Of a stretch of 64,000 nt of DNA, positions 26,845-41,914 are shown in pieces. Positions within the stretch are counted from its first letter, which is position 1. Each line of letters opens with the position of its first letter. Source of the stretch: Welwitschia mirabilis. Its lineage: Eukaryota. A program made the position numbers and the translations under genes. The notes under the pieces are model-generated. The model worked only from the letters and a program-made list of their open reading frames with translations, made no database searches and was not told the origin of the DNA. Location: positions 49,725,339 through 49,789,338 of the forward strand of contig JBOZIK010000001.1 of assembly GCA_051453625.1 (NCBI GenBank), read 5' to 3'.

Positions 26845-27634
26845 AAATGCTATCTTTAAATGAAAAAAGAGAAAGATAATTAGATACTCCTAAATGATTA
26901 TAGATGGAAGTGAGTTTTATTGCAAATTAATAGAAATCTAAATAAAATTCACTAGAGTGGTAAACAATTTTAAGCGAGATAAACTATTTATGCTTGTTAT
27001 ATAAATAATATCAACAAACATTTTTGATATCATTTTGATAATGTGAGTGATTCCAACAAAACATCCACCTGTTCTATTTTCTCTATGATTAAAAATAGAA
27101 ACTTAAAAAAATCCAAGGATATGAACATCTTTTAAATAGTCATCTTCCCATGTTTTGAGAAAATCAAAGATATTAAATTATTTAAAAAATTAATATGGCT
27201 AAATCTATTACCTTATTTGCAAACCTTCCATCAATATTAATGAATCCAAAGCATAAGATTAGTATGTATTTTTTTAAATTTCTATTTTATCTAATAAATA
27301 GTATATTTTTCCATTTAAATATGTAATTTTTCCTTCTACTTTGACAACCTTCACTCTTTTCAATTTTTTTTTTTTAATTTTTTACTTGCTTAGAATTAGA
27401 ACAAGATATTTTATTGGTACAGATTTGAATAACAATAAGAAAGTTTTATCTCTTAAAGCTAATCATGCTACATGTTGACACTATGTTATTTGCTTNNNNN
27501 NNNNNNNNNNNNNNNNNNNNNNNNNNNNNNNNNNNNNNNNNNNNNNNNNNNNNNNNNNNNNNNNNNNNNNNNNNNNNNNNNNNNNNNNNNNNNNNNNNNN
27601 NNNNNNNNNNNNNNNNNNNNNNNNNNNNNNNNNN

Positions 27635-27701
<67 letters not shown>

Positions 27702-27725
27702 GAAAAGAAGAAGAAGAAGAAGAAA
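27635..27725 (+). repeat. (AG)n microsatellite followed by (GAA)n
   Basis: Read directly; the left side runs into an N gap. Confidence 0.95.
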
Positions 27726-27781
27726 GAAAAAAATAAAATACAGTCTTATTCAACCAACAAAAGAAAAAAAGTTAACAATTT

Positions 27782-28330
27782 CTTATCGTAGTGAAATTGT
27801 AATAGCCTTTAGGCATAAAGGACTTCATAGTAGTGAAATCACATGAATTACCTTCTTATGATGTATCTTCAAAGGAAACTAAGCGTTTTAATGGATGGAC
27901 TTATCTTTTTATAGAATCCTTTAAGAACAACATTCAAGTATCTAATTAATTTTATATTTTAGGGGGAAAAACTAGAAGAATCACATGAACCTTAATTATA
28001 TTTTAATAGTTGTCTTATTTGATAACATGAGAGTTGTCTAAGGGCTTATTTAGAGAAAAATAATGGGAATTTTATTTACCAATTTCTTATCTCTTGATTT
28101 CATTCCTTATAGCAATGAAATTATAAGAGCTTTTAGGCATAAAGGACTTTATAGTAGTAAAATCCCATGAATTACATTCTTATGATGTATATTCAAAGGA
28201 AACTAAGCTTTTTAATTGATGAACTTATCTTTTTATAGAATCCTTAAAGAACAACATTCAAATTTCTAATTTGTTTTATATTTTAGGAAGGAAAAAACTA
28301 CAAGAATTGCATGAACCTTAACTATCTTAT
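27782..28330 (+). repeat. About 324-bp tandem duplication (about 1.7 units)
   Basis: cttat..tgaaatt..ttaggcataaaggact... at 27782 and 28106. The same two-unit structure recurs at 28866-29350. Confidence 0.8.
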
Positions 28331-28468
28331 TTGATAGGTCGAGGGTTGTTAGAGGGCTTATGGCATGTCTAGCTTTTCGCTAAGGTTAAAAAACTTTCCT
28401 AGTTAATTAGATAAATAATTAAAACTAAATTATATACCAATGTTAAATTTATTTTTTACTCATTTTAA

Positions 28469-28498
28469 AATAATAATAATAATAATAATAATAATAAT
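28469..28498 (+). repeat. (AAT)n microsatellite
   Basis: Read directly. Confidence 0.9.
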
Positions 28499-31400
28499 CA
28501 AAATAAATATCTGCATGTTTAATTATATTAGAAATTTATTGAAAGATTAACTTATAGTTATTGATTTTATAAATTAATTAGAAGATTGAATTAACTATGA
28601 AATTTACTATTACTCATGTATATTTTTATATTATTATAGTTTAGAATTGGATTACTTAGCTTACTTTTGAAAATTAACTATAGTTTGGTGTAGATGTCTT
28701 TTAATTGTATCTTGTTCATGAAATAATAGTTATATGTGATTTGAAGTATTTAGTCATGTCATTTANNNNNNNNNNNNNNNNNNNNNNNNNNNNNNNNNNN
28801 NNNNNNNNNNNNNNNNNNNNNNNNNNNNNNNNNNNNNNNNNNNNNNNNNNNNNNNNNNNNNNNNNATGCTGTATCTTCAAAGGAAACTAAACTTTTTAAT
28901 GGATGGACTTATCTTTTTATAGAAGCCTTAAAGAACAACATTCAAGTCTCTAAATAGTTTTAGATTTTAGGGGAAAAATTACAAGAATCAAATGAACCTT
29001 AACTATATTTTAATAGTTGGCTTATTTGATAGGGTGAGGGTTGTCTGACTGCTTATTTAGAGAAAAATAATAGGAATTTTATTTACCAATTTCTTATCTC
29101 TTGATTTCATTCCTTATAGTAGTGAAATTGTAAGAGCCTTAGGCATTAAGGGCTTTATAATAGTGAAATCCCATGAATTACATTCTTATTATGTATCTTC
29201 AAAGGAAACTAAGATTTTTAATGGATAACTTATCTTTTTATAGAATCCTTAAAGGAAAACATTCAAAACTCTAATTTATTTTATATTTTGGGAAGGAAAA
29301 ATCTACAAGAACCGCATGAACCTTAACTATATTTTAATAGTTGTCTTATTAGATAGGTTGAGGATTATTAGAGGGCTCATGGAATGTCTAGCTTTTCATT
29401 AAGATTAGAAAACTTTGCTAGTTAATTAGATAAATATTTAAAAATAAATTATATATTAATGTTAAATTTATTTTTTGCTCATTTTAAAATAATAAAAGTA
29501 ATAATAATGATAGTCGAAATAAATATCTACATGTTTAATTATATTAGAAATTTATTGAAAGATTAACTTATAGTAATGATTTTATAAATTAACTGGAAGA
29601 TTGAATTAACTATGGAATTTACTATTACTTGTGCATATTTTTCTATTGTTATAGTTTAGAATTGGATTACTTATCTTACTTTTAAAAATTAACAGTAGTT
29701 TAGTGTAGATGTCTTTTAATTATATCTTGTTCATGAAATAGCAGTTATATGTGATCTAAAGTATTTAGTCATGTTATTTATTTGATGTAGTTACATTTAT
29801 TTATTACTATTATTATATTATTATTTACACCTAGTGGTTAGGCTTAGAAAGGATGGTTATGAAAACCTAAANNNNNNNNNNNNNNNNNNNNNNNNNNNNN
29901 NNNNNNNNNNNNNNNNNNNNNNNNNNNNNNNNNNNNNNNNNNNNNNNNNNNNNNNNNNNNNNNNNNNNNNNACATTTATTTATTACTATTATTATATTAT
30001 TATTTACACCTAGGGGTTAGGCTTAGAAAGGATGGTTATGAAAACCTAAAGTACCTATAGGCATCTAACCTTTATTGTTAGTCTTTAGTCATAAATACTT
30101 AAATCCCTTAGCTATTAGAGTCATAGATGCATACAGTGCAATTATAAACATGTTGAATATTTGGGTATAATTAGAAGTACTTAAGGATTTAGCCTAAAAT
30201 AGGTATGGTCACAACTTATTCTTGTATTACTTACATGATTCTAGTGTTTCTTGTATTATCTTACATGTCTAGAACTGTTTGTTAATAATATTTGTATGAT
30301 CTTACAACTTTTCTTTGGTGTCTTGCATGAATTGTTAGAGTTCTATAAAATTTGCTTGTGCAATCCCCCTTTATGTTACAATCCTTAAGATTTTAATAGA
30401 AGTTATAAAGTCTTGTGTATCTTGTTGATGTTATCCTTGAATCAGTCTCTTTTGCTAGCCTATTATAAATCATGTTTGTAGGTATCTTGAGTTGACCATC
30501 GACCTGTATTGTGACATGATAAATTATGAAAACTAAAACTAGCTAAGGTAATTAGTTGTATGGACTTAGAGAAGTCCTAAGGTTTTAGGACCAGAGTGCT
30601 AGAGTGAAAAGGGAGAAATATGCACAAATTAATATTATTTTTACCCCACATGGTAGGGTGCAGCTAGATTATTGGAATTTATTAGGGAATATGAGTAAAA
30701 GAAGATAATGTTAAGTTGATATGAGGTTTTGGTCATTCCTTAGCTAACATAGTGCCTTTATCTTGTACCTTATTCAAAGAAACCTATTTCTACCTATTCC
30801 TTGCCTTGGGAATTGTGATGGATGTAGTTATCACACCATACATGTATGTGTAGGACCTATTGTAAAAGAGAATACTAAAAAACACTAAAGGTAGCTATAA
30901 GTACTGGGTGTTATCTACTTTTTTGCTTTAGCTATATACATTATCATGTTATATTAGTTATATTTAAAAAGATACCTTATATCCAAGATTTCTATTATCA
31001 ACTTGGTTGATATGATGTAGTCAGCTAGCTATGCTCTAGTTATGTTATGATTTGATCACAGATAAATATTTTATCATTTTCTTAGAATTTGAAAATATGT
31101 GTATGACTATTTATTCCTATGAAAAATATTATATATGTCAAAAAATATTTTATCTTTTATTGGAATATATATTGTTGANNNNNNNNNNNNNNNNNNNNNN
31201 NNNNNNNNNNNNNNNNNNNNNNNNNNNNNNNNNNNNNNNNNNNNNNNNNNNNNNNNNNNNNNNNNNNNNNNNNNNNNNAAAGATAACTTATATGTGAGAT
31301 ATCTATTATCAACTTGGTTAATATGATGTAATTAGCCAGATATGCTCCAGTTATGTTATTATTTGATCTTAGATAAATATTTTATCATTTTCTTAGAATT

Positions 31401-31514
31401 TGCAAATATGTGTATGACTACTTGTTCCTATGAAAAATATCATATACATAAAAAAAAATATTTTCTCTTCCCTTGCAAGATCTATTATTGATATATATTG
31501 TTGATATATGTGTG

Positions 31515-31528
31515 TATATATATATATA

Positions 31529-31562
<34 letters not shown>
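31515..31562 (+). repeat. (TA)n-(CA)n compound microsatellite
   Basis: Read directly. Confidence 0.9.
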
Positions 31563-31566
<4 letters not shown>

Positions 31567-34500
31567 CATATACATCTATATGTATGTTATTTGTAATTAT
31601 TAGTGGTACTTTCATCAAGCCTAAGATTATTCATTTAATAACTTGCAGTTATAAACATAATTTATTTGTTATTTGCTATCAAATATTCCCATTCTCATGC
31701 AGAATCTTAACATAGTTGTTTAAGTTAACTTATTGTTGAATGAGAGGTCAAGAGTTTAAGTACCATTAGGTGTAAATTTTATACTTTAGCTTCCTTAATA
31801 AAGAATTTATTACTTGAAACAAATAGATTATTAGCATAAAAAAATTAGGAGGACTTTTAATCAAAATCTATTATTAATTATTATATCTAAAGGTTTCTTC
31901 ANNNNNNNNNNNNNNNNNNNNNNNNNNNNNNNNNNNNNNNNNNNNNNNNNNNNNNNNNNNNNNNNNNNNNNNNNNNNNNNNNNNNNNNNNNNNNNNNNNN
32001 NTATTAGTGGTACTTTCATCAAGGCAAAGATTGTTCATTTTAATAACTTACAGTTATAGACACAATTTATTTGTTCTCTTCTATCAAATATTCCCATTTC
32101 CATGCATAATCTTAGCATAGGTGTTTAAGTTAACTTGCTGTTCAATGAGAGGTTAAGAGTTTTAAGTCCCATTAGGTGTAAATTTTATACTTCAGCTTCC
32201 TTATAAAAGAATTTATTACTTGAAACAAATAGACTACTAGCATAAAAAATTAGAAGGACCTTTAATCAAAACCTATTATTAATTATTATATTTAATGGTT
32301 TCTTCATACTCTTAAACATATTACAACTAAGTGATATTGGAATTGGTAACTTAGCATGCATACAGCTCAATTATTACCTTTCACTCCTTGGGAAAGAACA
32401 TAAAATGTTATTAACATGATCTTCCCCCATCCTTACATGCAACAAATTCCTTGCTCTCACTCCTATTTCTTAGGGGCTTTTCTAAATTCAGGGCTATCTC
32501 TTCATAAAGAGAGGTGGGCCATTAGATTTTAATATTTGTTTTCCTTGCCACATCCTTATTGATGTGGCATAACCCATCAATAAGCTTCATGGCCTACATC
32601 AGTTTTATTCAGAGGCATTAACATGCCCATGAAATAAATGATGAATACTAAACTCATGGTGCTTGACTCCCACCTCTTTTGGTTTATTCCACTTGCTAGT
32701 TTTCAAGGCAAAGATTATTACATAGCTTGATAATTTCATTGCTTTTAAACGTCCATTATTCAATCCTTTCTTCTTCTATAAAGGAGAAAAGATTCCACTC
32801 ACCTTCAAATTTAACTGTCGAAACAAAGATACCTATGAGAAATTCTCTTTCAGTTGCTTGCAAAGTTTAGACCAACTTAACTGAGTGAGCTTCATCTAAA
32901 CATTTCCTTGTGTATGGATTCAGATAGACTCATGTGTCTCCTTATGTCTGGGAAAAGATGTTACAAGTGTGAATCCCCTATATTAATTTAATAGATAATG
33001 CTCTAACTTTTACAAATTTAAATCTTTTAATGCCAACATTTCTTATAGACACATTTTCTAGCAAGATGTTGAGTATGAAAACTCCATTTCAGTTTTTTTT
33101 TAGAAGATCTTTTAGAATGCTAGAGAATTGGAGCATCTTATTTCTTTTTCGTGTAAATGAAAACAACTAATTTAGAGTGTCTGTATTCTTGAATTTGCTT
33201 TTATTTGTGAGGCTAGTAAACTCACTTTACTACCTTTCTTGTTTAGGGCTTAAAATGGTACATTTATCATTTACTAAACTAAGCAATTTAAGCTTTACAA
33301 TAGTCTTAACCAAATGCCTTTCCACTGGTTTTATGAAATTAACTATAATTTTTATGCTTTGAAACTTCACAAAATATATAATTTTTTGTTTTTTCTGAAT
33401 GTCATGGTAAAAATCCTAATACTAGGAGTAGTAAATTTTAATGGCCTAATAATTGGGAGTGGTAATTCTTATGGGACTTAACTTTAACATCTTTGAAAAG
33501 TATCCTAAAATTCTTTTAATTGACATTTGTGTTAATCAGGATAGGTTTTTATGGAAGTGATTGGAAATTCATTCATAAGGGACTATTTTTACTATAAACA
33601 AAAGATTTATTTCCTGTGGACATCATTTTTGTTTGATTTTAGATGTTACAATTTATCACTACTTAAAATTAGCCATCTTTACTTATTTTCCCTTTTTTTT
33701 TTTTTGCTTTTCCACTAGTAATACTTCAAATTAATAATTATTTTTATTAGATAGTTAAGGGTATATTACAATGGTTATAGTGGAGATGATTTTATTCCTA
33801 ACTATTCTAAAATTCAATAAGATATCTTGTATTTTAATTGAATTAGTGGTAGGAATGGAGCATGTTTACAAATAACATGGGTGAGAAGATTATGATAATT
33901 ATTTTGTGTTAAATATATTTTTGACCATCCTCATCTCAAAAGAACTATTATGCTATTATAAAATTAAATAGAAAAATGAAAATTCTTATATACATGTACA
34001 CTATTCTTGATGTTATATCTTTAATTATTACTCTTTTTATTTTATTCTAAATAATAGTTTTTATTTTTGGATGAACATGTTTTCAGCTAAGCTTTTTAAA
34101 TTGCTATTACTAGATAAATTGTGATCCAAGCATATACACACCATTTTATATAAGGATTTAAGACTATTTTGCTTGAATAATAATAATTGGTGATGAAGTA
34201 TTATTATTTTATTATCATTGGTAATTATTTGAATGAATATATATTTACATTTTTAATTTCCATCTTTGGAACATTCAAAAAGTAGAAAGTAAGATGAGTG
34301 TTATCTATCAAAAATCCTAAATTCTTACACATGCTTTAATCATGTAAAGAAATATACTATGTATTTATGATGTCATATGTTTTTATTTAATATAAAAGAT
34401 AAGATTAAAGGATAATATAATTATATGAAGAACTGAAATGAAGAAGGAAGCTAGAGTTCGGGAGGTGCCAGATTGGCTAGAGTAGTTTTGGCATGCAGGG

Positions 34501-35584
34501 AGTGGTATCGACCACTAGATAGTCGAGCANNNNNNNNNNNNNNNNNNNNNNNNNNNNNNNNNNNNNNNNNNNNNNNNNNNNNNNNNNNNNNNNNNNNNNN
34601 NNNNNNNNNNNNNNNNNNNNNNNNNNNNNGTCGCGCAATGGGAAAGTTATGTTTTTTTTTTTTTTTTTTTTTTGTTTTTTTTTTTTTTTTTTGTTATTCA
34701 GCATTGATTCAAAGCAGGTTTTAAAAAGGAACTCGTGCCCTCAAAATGGAGAAGACTTACTTCTTGAAGAAGGAAAAACTCCTAATCTTAGACATAGATA
34801 AAGGTACATGTTTAGAACTAGAGAAGAAACTTAAATACAGTTTAATAGCTAAGTTTGTTTAATATAGTCTAAAACCTAGACTTAATCTCATTAGAGAATG
34901 GATAGTACAAAATGGACTAGGATTAGTAAAGTTGAGTTTATAGCCATGCTAGAAGGATTAGTACTCTTCTAGTTAGATAATGAACTGGATCGAGATGAGG
35001 TCATCATGAGAGGACCCTGGTTTTTAGAGTGAGTGGGTTTTCCCTAGCCAAATGGATACAAGGGATGCAATCGGACCTAAATCTGTTTAAAAAAATGTTA
35101 ATATGGATACATATACATAAGTTCCCCTTGAAGATTTAGAACAAAAATCTCTTGAATAAAATTGCTTCTCAATTTGGAGAACTACTAAAACTAGATAGAA
35201 TAACAATAAAACAGACAAGGTTGGTCTCAGAAAGATTTTGTATGTGGATAAGTCTAGAAGAAACAAAAGAGATATAATCTNNNNNNNNNNNNNNNNNNNN
35301 NNNNNNNNNNNNNNNNNNNNNNNNNNNNNNNNNNNNNNNNNNNNNNNNNNNNNNNNNNNNNNNNNNNNNNNNNNNNNNNNAACTTGAACTAAACTGGAGT
35401 GAAGGAGGAAGATAGGGTTTAGAAGGTACCGGATTGACGAGGGTAGTTTTGGTTTTGGAAAGTTATAGCATGCAGGGGAGGGTATCGGCCACCAGACAGA
35501 TAAGTAATGGATAAGTTGTGGTATTTCTTTGTTATTTCTACATTGATTCAAAGTAGGATTTAAAGAGGGGTTCATGCCTTTAAA

Positions 35585-36700
35585 ATGAAGAATAGTTAGT
35601 TCTTCAAAGAGGGAAAAACCTTATTCTTAAATATAGAGAAAGACACATGTTTAGAAATAGAGAAGAAACTTCAATACAGCTTAATTGGTAAGTTTGTTTC
35701 ATCTGGTCTAAGACCTAGACTTGATCTCATCAGAGAATGGATAACTACAAAATAAACTGGGGTTAGTAAAGTCGAGGTCATACCCATGTCAGAAGTATTA
35801 ATTCTCTTCTAGTTAGATAATGAACAGGATCAAAATAAGGTCATCACAAGAGGACCTTGGTTTTTCGAAGTGAATGTGTTAGCCCTAGCTAAATGGATGA
35901 CGTGGGCACAATCGAACCCAAATTTATTCAAGAAAATGCCAATATAGATTTGTATACATTAGTTTCTCTTGGAGTTTGGGGACAAAGATCTCTTGAAAAA
36001 AATTACTTCTCAGTTTGGAGAACTCATAAAAATAGATAGAATAACTATAAAATAGACAACATTGGTCCTAGAAAGATTTTGTATGTGGATAAGTCTAGAA
36101 GAAACAAAGGAGATACAACCTATTAAGTTTGGATCTAAATGGAGCACATACTATCTCAAAGTCACTTATGAGAACCTCTTGGTTATGTGTGAAACATGTG
36201 AAAAATCATGACACATCTTAATAAGATGCATGAAAATAGAGAATAAATGTTCCCATTGTGGGAGAAGGGGCCACACATAATGTAAAAAAAGACTTATTAC
36301 CAATGAAGGAAAACAAAATGAAACATACTCTTTCTATGGAAAGATAGGACATAATTAGAATGATTATTAGCATAAATAAAAGAGAGAGAAAATAGTCAAG
36401 AATACTACAGTCTACCCAAAGGAAAAGAATGAAAAGGATAGGGCATATAACCCCTTTCAACACCTTATGGAGGAAGATCCCAAAGACACTCAGCAATCCC
36501 AGAATTTAGTAAACATAGATGAGTTAAATGATGTTAAAGTTCAGAGGAAGGGAATATCTAGTAATAGAATCCTCAAAGAGAGGAAAAATACAAAAAATAT
36601 GGCTAACAGCTTCTAAGAAACCATTAAAGACATGCTAAAAAAGGTCAACAGATGCTTAAAAAGGGGTGAAAACAAACCTAATGAAGTGCCTCACCTCGAA
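35585..36700 (+). pseudogene. L1 ORF1 (DUF4283 plus zf-CCHC_4-like)
   Basis: LQYSLIGKFVSSGLRPRLDLIREWI, VITRGPWFF, ITSQFGELIKID, KVTYENLLVMCETCEKS*H. A second copy lies at 34745-35280. Confidence 0.85.
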
Positions 36701-39700
36701 CTACAGGGGATTAGGGTCCTCTTATAAGAAAAAGACCCTAAGAGATATGATCAGTAAATTTAATATCAATTTAGCCTATTTATAGGAAATAAAAATCTAA
36801 TATGGCATAAAATTGAAAAAACTCTAGCAATAATAAAACATCTTCACCTTTGTAGCATAAGGAAACTCAAAAGGTCTCATGACCCTCACAAATAAGGAGG
36901 CAAAATTGGTTAATAATAGTAAGAGTCATCTAACTATCTATCTAAATAAATAAGAATGGATCATAACAAACATTTACAATCCTCAGAATGACCCAGACAA
37001 AGTCTTCACCTTCAAGGACCTTTATAGGATAATGGTGGAAAATATCAAGTGATTAGTAGTGGGGGATTTTAATCAATGTCTTTACCGTTGAGAGAAAACG
37101 AGGGCTGAAAACTAGAATAGTAGATGAACNNNNNNNNNNAATACACTTGGTCTAATAAAAGGATGAGAGGCAAACAGCTGATGTCCAGGATAGATTAAAT
37201 ACTTGCCAGAAATAATATTATAAAGCTATTAATTGAGGCTAATGGAATTAATAGAATAGCCTTGGATTACTAAATAATTAAATATAGAATAGGGATGATA
37301 AATCCCCCTAGAGCCTATTTTTGGATGGAACGATATTGGATCATAAGGACAGAAACCAAAATGTTAGTTGAAAATATATGGAGTTAATATGATGGCACCC
37401 GCCCTTTNNNNNNNNNNNNNNNNNNNNNNNNNNNNNNNNNNNNNNNNNNNNNNNNNNNNNNNNNNNNNNNNNNNNNNNNNNNNNNNNNNNNNNNNNNNNN
37501 NNNNNNNATACTCATAGGAAATAATATTATAAAGCTACTAATTAAGGCTAATGGGATGAACAGAATAATCTTGGATCACTAACCAACTAAATATAGAATA
37601 GGGATGATAAAGCCCCTAGAGCCTATTTTTATATGAAATGATATTAGATCATAAGGACAGAAACCAAAACGTTAGTTAAAAAGATATGGAGTTAATATGA
37701 TGGAACCCTTTCTTTTACTTTCCTCTACAGAGGCTTAAACACCCTTAAAGCACACATCAAGAACTAGAGAAGGAAGGACAAGAAAAGATATAAATTAAAA
37801 AATAACCTAGAGGAAGATTTACAGAGAATTCAAACTGAGCAAGAGGATAGATGAGATCAAGACTACTTCGTAGCGAGAAATACGGATGTCTTATAGAACT
37901 CCATGAAATAAATGCAAATGAGGAAAATTACTAGAAGAAAATATCAAGGATTAAGTGGATCAAGAAGAGGGGCATGCATACTAAATTTTTCTTCCAGTAG
38001 ACCAAATAGCACAAAGTATATAACAAAATAGGGAGGTTNNNNNNNNNNNNNNNNNNNNNNNNNNNNNNNNNNNNNNNNNNNNNNNNNNNNNNNNNNNNNN
38101 NNNNNNNNNNNNNNNNNNNNNNNNNNNNNNNNNNNNNNNNNNNNNNNNNNNNNNNNNNNNNNNNNNNNNNNNNNNNNNNNNNNNNNNNNNNNNNNNNNNN
38201 NNNNNNNNNNNNNNNNNNNNNNNNNNNNNNNNNNTCAAAAGGTTGGTCAGTTAAGCTAATTCAAGACTTAGTTTTCTATTATGGGTGACAACCTTCATGA
38301 TGTAATGTAAGACATCTTAAATAATAAATGCATTCTTAGGGATATGAATAGAACCAGGGTCATTCTCATTCCCAAAAAATAGGACGTGAGAAAACCAAAA
38401 GACTATAGAATGTTAGGTATCTCTAATGTTCTATATAGGATCTTTGTGAAAATAATGGTGGGTTGTATCACCTCCTTATTCCCAAAGTAATCTCTGAGAA
38501 CCAAGCTAGCTTCATCTACTTTAGATACATTTAGGACCAAATTCTCTTAATCCATGAAATTATTCATTCTATTAAAAAGCATATATTTCCTTTACTCATT
38601 ACTAAATTAGACATAATAAAGACTTANNNNNNNNNNNNNNNNNNNNNNNNNNNNNNNNNNNNNNNNNNNNNNNNNNNNNNNNNNNNNNNNNNNNNNNNNN
38701 NNNNNNNNNNNNNNNNNNNNNNNNNNNNNNNNNNNNNNNNNNNNNNNNNNNNNNNNNNNNNNNNNNNNNNNNNNNNNNNNNNNNNNNNNNNNNNNNNNNN
38801 NNNNNNNNNNNNNNNNNNNNNNNNNNNNNNNNNNNNNNNNNNNNNNNNNNNNNNNNNNNNNNNNNNNNNNNNNNNNNNNNNNNNNNNNNNNNNNNNNNNN
38901 NNNNNNNNNNNNNNNNNNNNNNNNNNNNNNNNNNNNNNNNNNNNNNNNNNNNNNNNNNNNNNNNNNNNNNNNNNNNNNNNNNNNNNNNNNNNNNNNNNNN
39001 NNNNNNNNNNNNNNNNNNNNNNNNNNNNNNNNNNNNNNNNNNNNNNNNNNNNNNNNNNNNNNNNNNNNNNNNNNNNNNNNNNNNNNNNNNNNNNNNNNNN
39101 NNNNNNNNNNNNNNNNNNNNNNNNNNNNNNNNNNNNNNNNNNNNNNNNNNNNNNNNNNNNNNNNNNNNNNNNNNNNNNNNNNNNNAGTTAATAGTTATAG
39201 ATCCAAGTTTTTTAGTAGGTCAAGGATTAATACAAGGGGATTCTTTATCTTTATAGCTCTTTCTATTCATTATGAATGTTTTACATGGATTTCTTAAAAT
39301 GAATGGAGTAACAGACATTAAAATAAGAAGTCAAATGTTTATTAATAGCCACTCTGCTAATGACACAATTATCATCATTAAAGCCTCTTTCCAGCAAGTC
39401 AGAGCTATCAAGAAGTTCATGAATCTTTTTGTAGAAGTTATGATCCTCCAAACTAATTGAAATAAATCTAGAATTCACATTGTTAGCAGAAGCATTACCA
39501 AAGGAGAGGAAACTGATAGAATCTTGAGCTCCAAAATGGAAGACCTTAAAGACATCTACTTGGGAATTTCGCTATGGAATTGGCACAAGATCCTAACTTG
39601 GAATTTCATCCTGGAATCAAGTTAGAGATGATGCAACACTTGGTAGAATAAATTTATTTCTTCTAAAGTAAATATCATCCTAGCAACTTCTTTTTTGGTA

Positions 39701-40380
39701 TCTTCTTTCAAATACATTACCTCCATTACTATCCCCTGAAAGAAAATAATTAACAAAATAAATAAAATCTTGAAGGACTTCATTTTGTTGGGATGTAAGA
39801 ATAGAAATCGCATTCATCTCTATAAATAGAAGCTTATAGCTCATCCTAAGGAGTTAGGAGGTTGAGGAGTCCAAAGGCTAGAATACTATCTTCTCACATG
39901 TGCACACAGAGTTCTCAAAGGACTATCTAAGGGAGGATAGCCTTGGATTAATATTATTAACTACAAGTATTAAACTTAAAATAATGGAGAAGGGGAGTCT
40001 TACCTTAGGAAACACCTCTGCAAAGCCAAAATAAACTTGATAGAATTAAACATTTTCAATGAATACAGAGCCAAGTAGATTCTTATCAAAAAGTATGAAA
40101 AAAATAATGCATGTAAAAAGTTTTAGAAGGGATAAATTCTAGACAAAATCAAGATATTCTGTTGGTTAAAATACCATAACTAAATTCTTACAAGGGATTA
40201 ACGGCTTAAGCATGACATGCAAGTTGACTTTAACTATCCAATCTACCAATATTATCAAGAAGATGTTCAATACCTTTTTCATCAATATAGGTGGAGTGCT
40301 AAAATGATAATTATGACTAGCTATTACAATGACTAGAACATATCTGCGACATGCAGAAAAGATGGAATTCAACTGACTTT
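36700..40380 (+). pseudogene. L1 ORF2 (AP endonuclease and reverse transcriptase)
   Basis: VVGDFNQ (37062-37073), YTWSNKR..SRID, VILIPKK..KPKDYRMLGISNVLYRIF, ISENQASFI, KLDIIKT, GLIQGDSLS (about 39224-39250), SAND (from FADD), YLGI, HPKELGG*GV. Partly gapped. Confidence 0.9.
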
Positions 40381-40440
40381 ATGATAGATTTGGCATACAC
40401 ATAATAAAGTAATATTCAATAGCATTTCCATTTCATTCCC

Positions 40441-40448
40441 TATAAATA
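40441..40448 (+). promoter_or_regulatory. Candidate TATA box upstream of the 3' extra frame
   Basis: cc-TATAAATA-caccctcacttcttcattc in a plant-like context, about 60 nt upstream of an ATG at 40502. Confidence 0.35.
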
Positions 40449-41914
40449 CACCCTCACTTCTTCATTCAAGCCTTATAACACAAAGACTTAGCAAGATACT
40501 TATGACTAGTTATGACTCTTTAGAAGGCTACAAGGGATTAGAGGACAAGGGAGGCCCCTCCCCCACAGGAGACTTCCCTAAAGGAAAAATAGAAGAAAAG
40601 GACTATAACTAATGAAGTGCCTTATCCTAAGAGGGATGTTGAGCCAAGAAGTCCATGCTCTCAGAGATGGATGACTCTTCCTTAGGAAGTTTAGACAAAT
40701 AAGGTGAGCTCATCCCTAGAATAGGAAGAGACATTTGAAGAAAATCCTCTAGCTAAAACCTAGGAATAAGAGCATCAGTTCTAAGGATATGACTAAGAGG
40801 TATCTTCTTAGAAGATAGAAGGTAGCCCCAATCATAATGAGGAGTCAAATTCCCCATTGGTTCCTCCCTAGACGAAAGAAATCAAGAACCTCATGAAGAC
40901 ATTACTATGGNNNNNNNNNNNNNNNNNNNNNNNNNNNNNNNNNNNNNNNNNNNNNNNNNNNNNNNNNNNNNNNNNNNNNNNNNNNNNNNNNNNNNNNNNN
41001 NNNNNNNNNNNNNNNNNNNNNNNNNNNNNNNNNNNNNNNNNNNNNNNNNNNNNNNNNNNNNNNNNNNNNNNNNNNNNNNNNNNNNNNNNNNNNNNNNNNN
41101 NNNNNNNNNNNNNNNNNNNNNNNNNNNNNNNNNNNNNNNNNNNNNNNNNNNNNNNNNNNNNNNNNNNNNNNNNNNNNNNNNNNNNNNNNNNNNNNNNNNN
41201 NNNNNNNNNNNNNNNNNNNNNNNNNNNNNNNNNNNNNNNNNNNNNNNNNNNNNNNNNNNNNNNNNNNNNNNNNNNNNNNNNNNNNNNNNNNNNNNNNNNN
41301 NNNNNNNNNNNNNNNNNNNNNNNNNNNNNNNNNNNNNNNNNNNNNNNNNNNNNNNNNNNNNNNNNNNNNNNNNNNNNNNNNNNNNNNNNNNNNNNNNNNN
41401 NNNNNNNNNNNNNNNNNNNNNNNNNNNNNNNNNNNNNNNNNNNNNNNNNNNNNNNNNNNNNNNNNNNNNNNNNNNNNNNNNNNNNNNNNNNNNNNNNNNN
41501 NNNNNNNNNNNNNNNNNNNNNNNNNNNNNNNNNNNNNNNNNNNNNNNNNNNNNNNNNNNNNNNNNNNNNNNNNNNNNNNNNNNNNNNNNNNNNNNNNNNN
41601 NNNNNNNNNNNNNNNNNNNNNNNNNNNNNNNNNNNNNNNNNNNNNNNNNNNNNNNNNNNNNNNNNNNNNNNNNNNNNNNNNNNNNNNNNNNNNNNNNNNN
41701 NNNNNNNNNNNNNNNNNNNNNNNNNNNNNNNNNNNNNNNNNNNNNNNNNNNNNNNNNNNNNNNNNNNNNNNNNNNNNNNNNNNNNNNNNNNNNNNNNNNN
41801 NNNNNNNNNNNNNNNNNNNNNNNNNNNNNNNNNNNNNNNNNNNNNNNNNNNNNNNNNACTATGGACCACACAGAAAGAGAAATCTTGCTTGCTATAATTG
41901 ATGGTTTGAAAAGA

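Noticed and set aside
32340-34400. Possible exons or the 5' part of the older L1
   Set aside because: Short protein-like stretches, but no motif I could identify with confidence.
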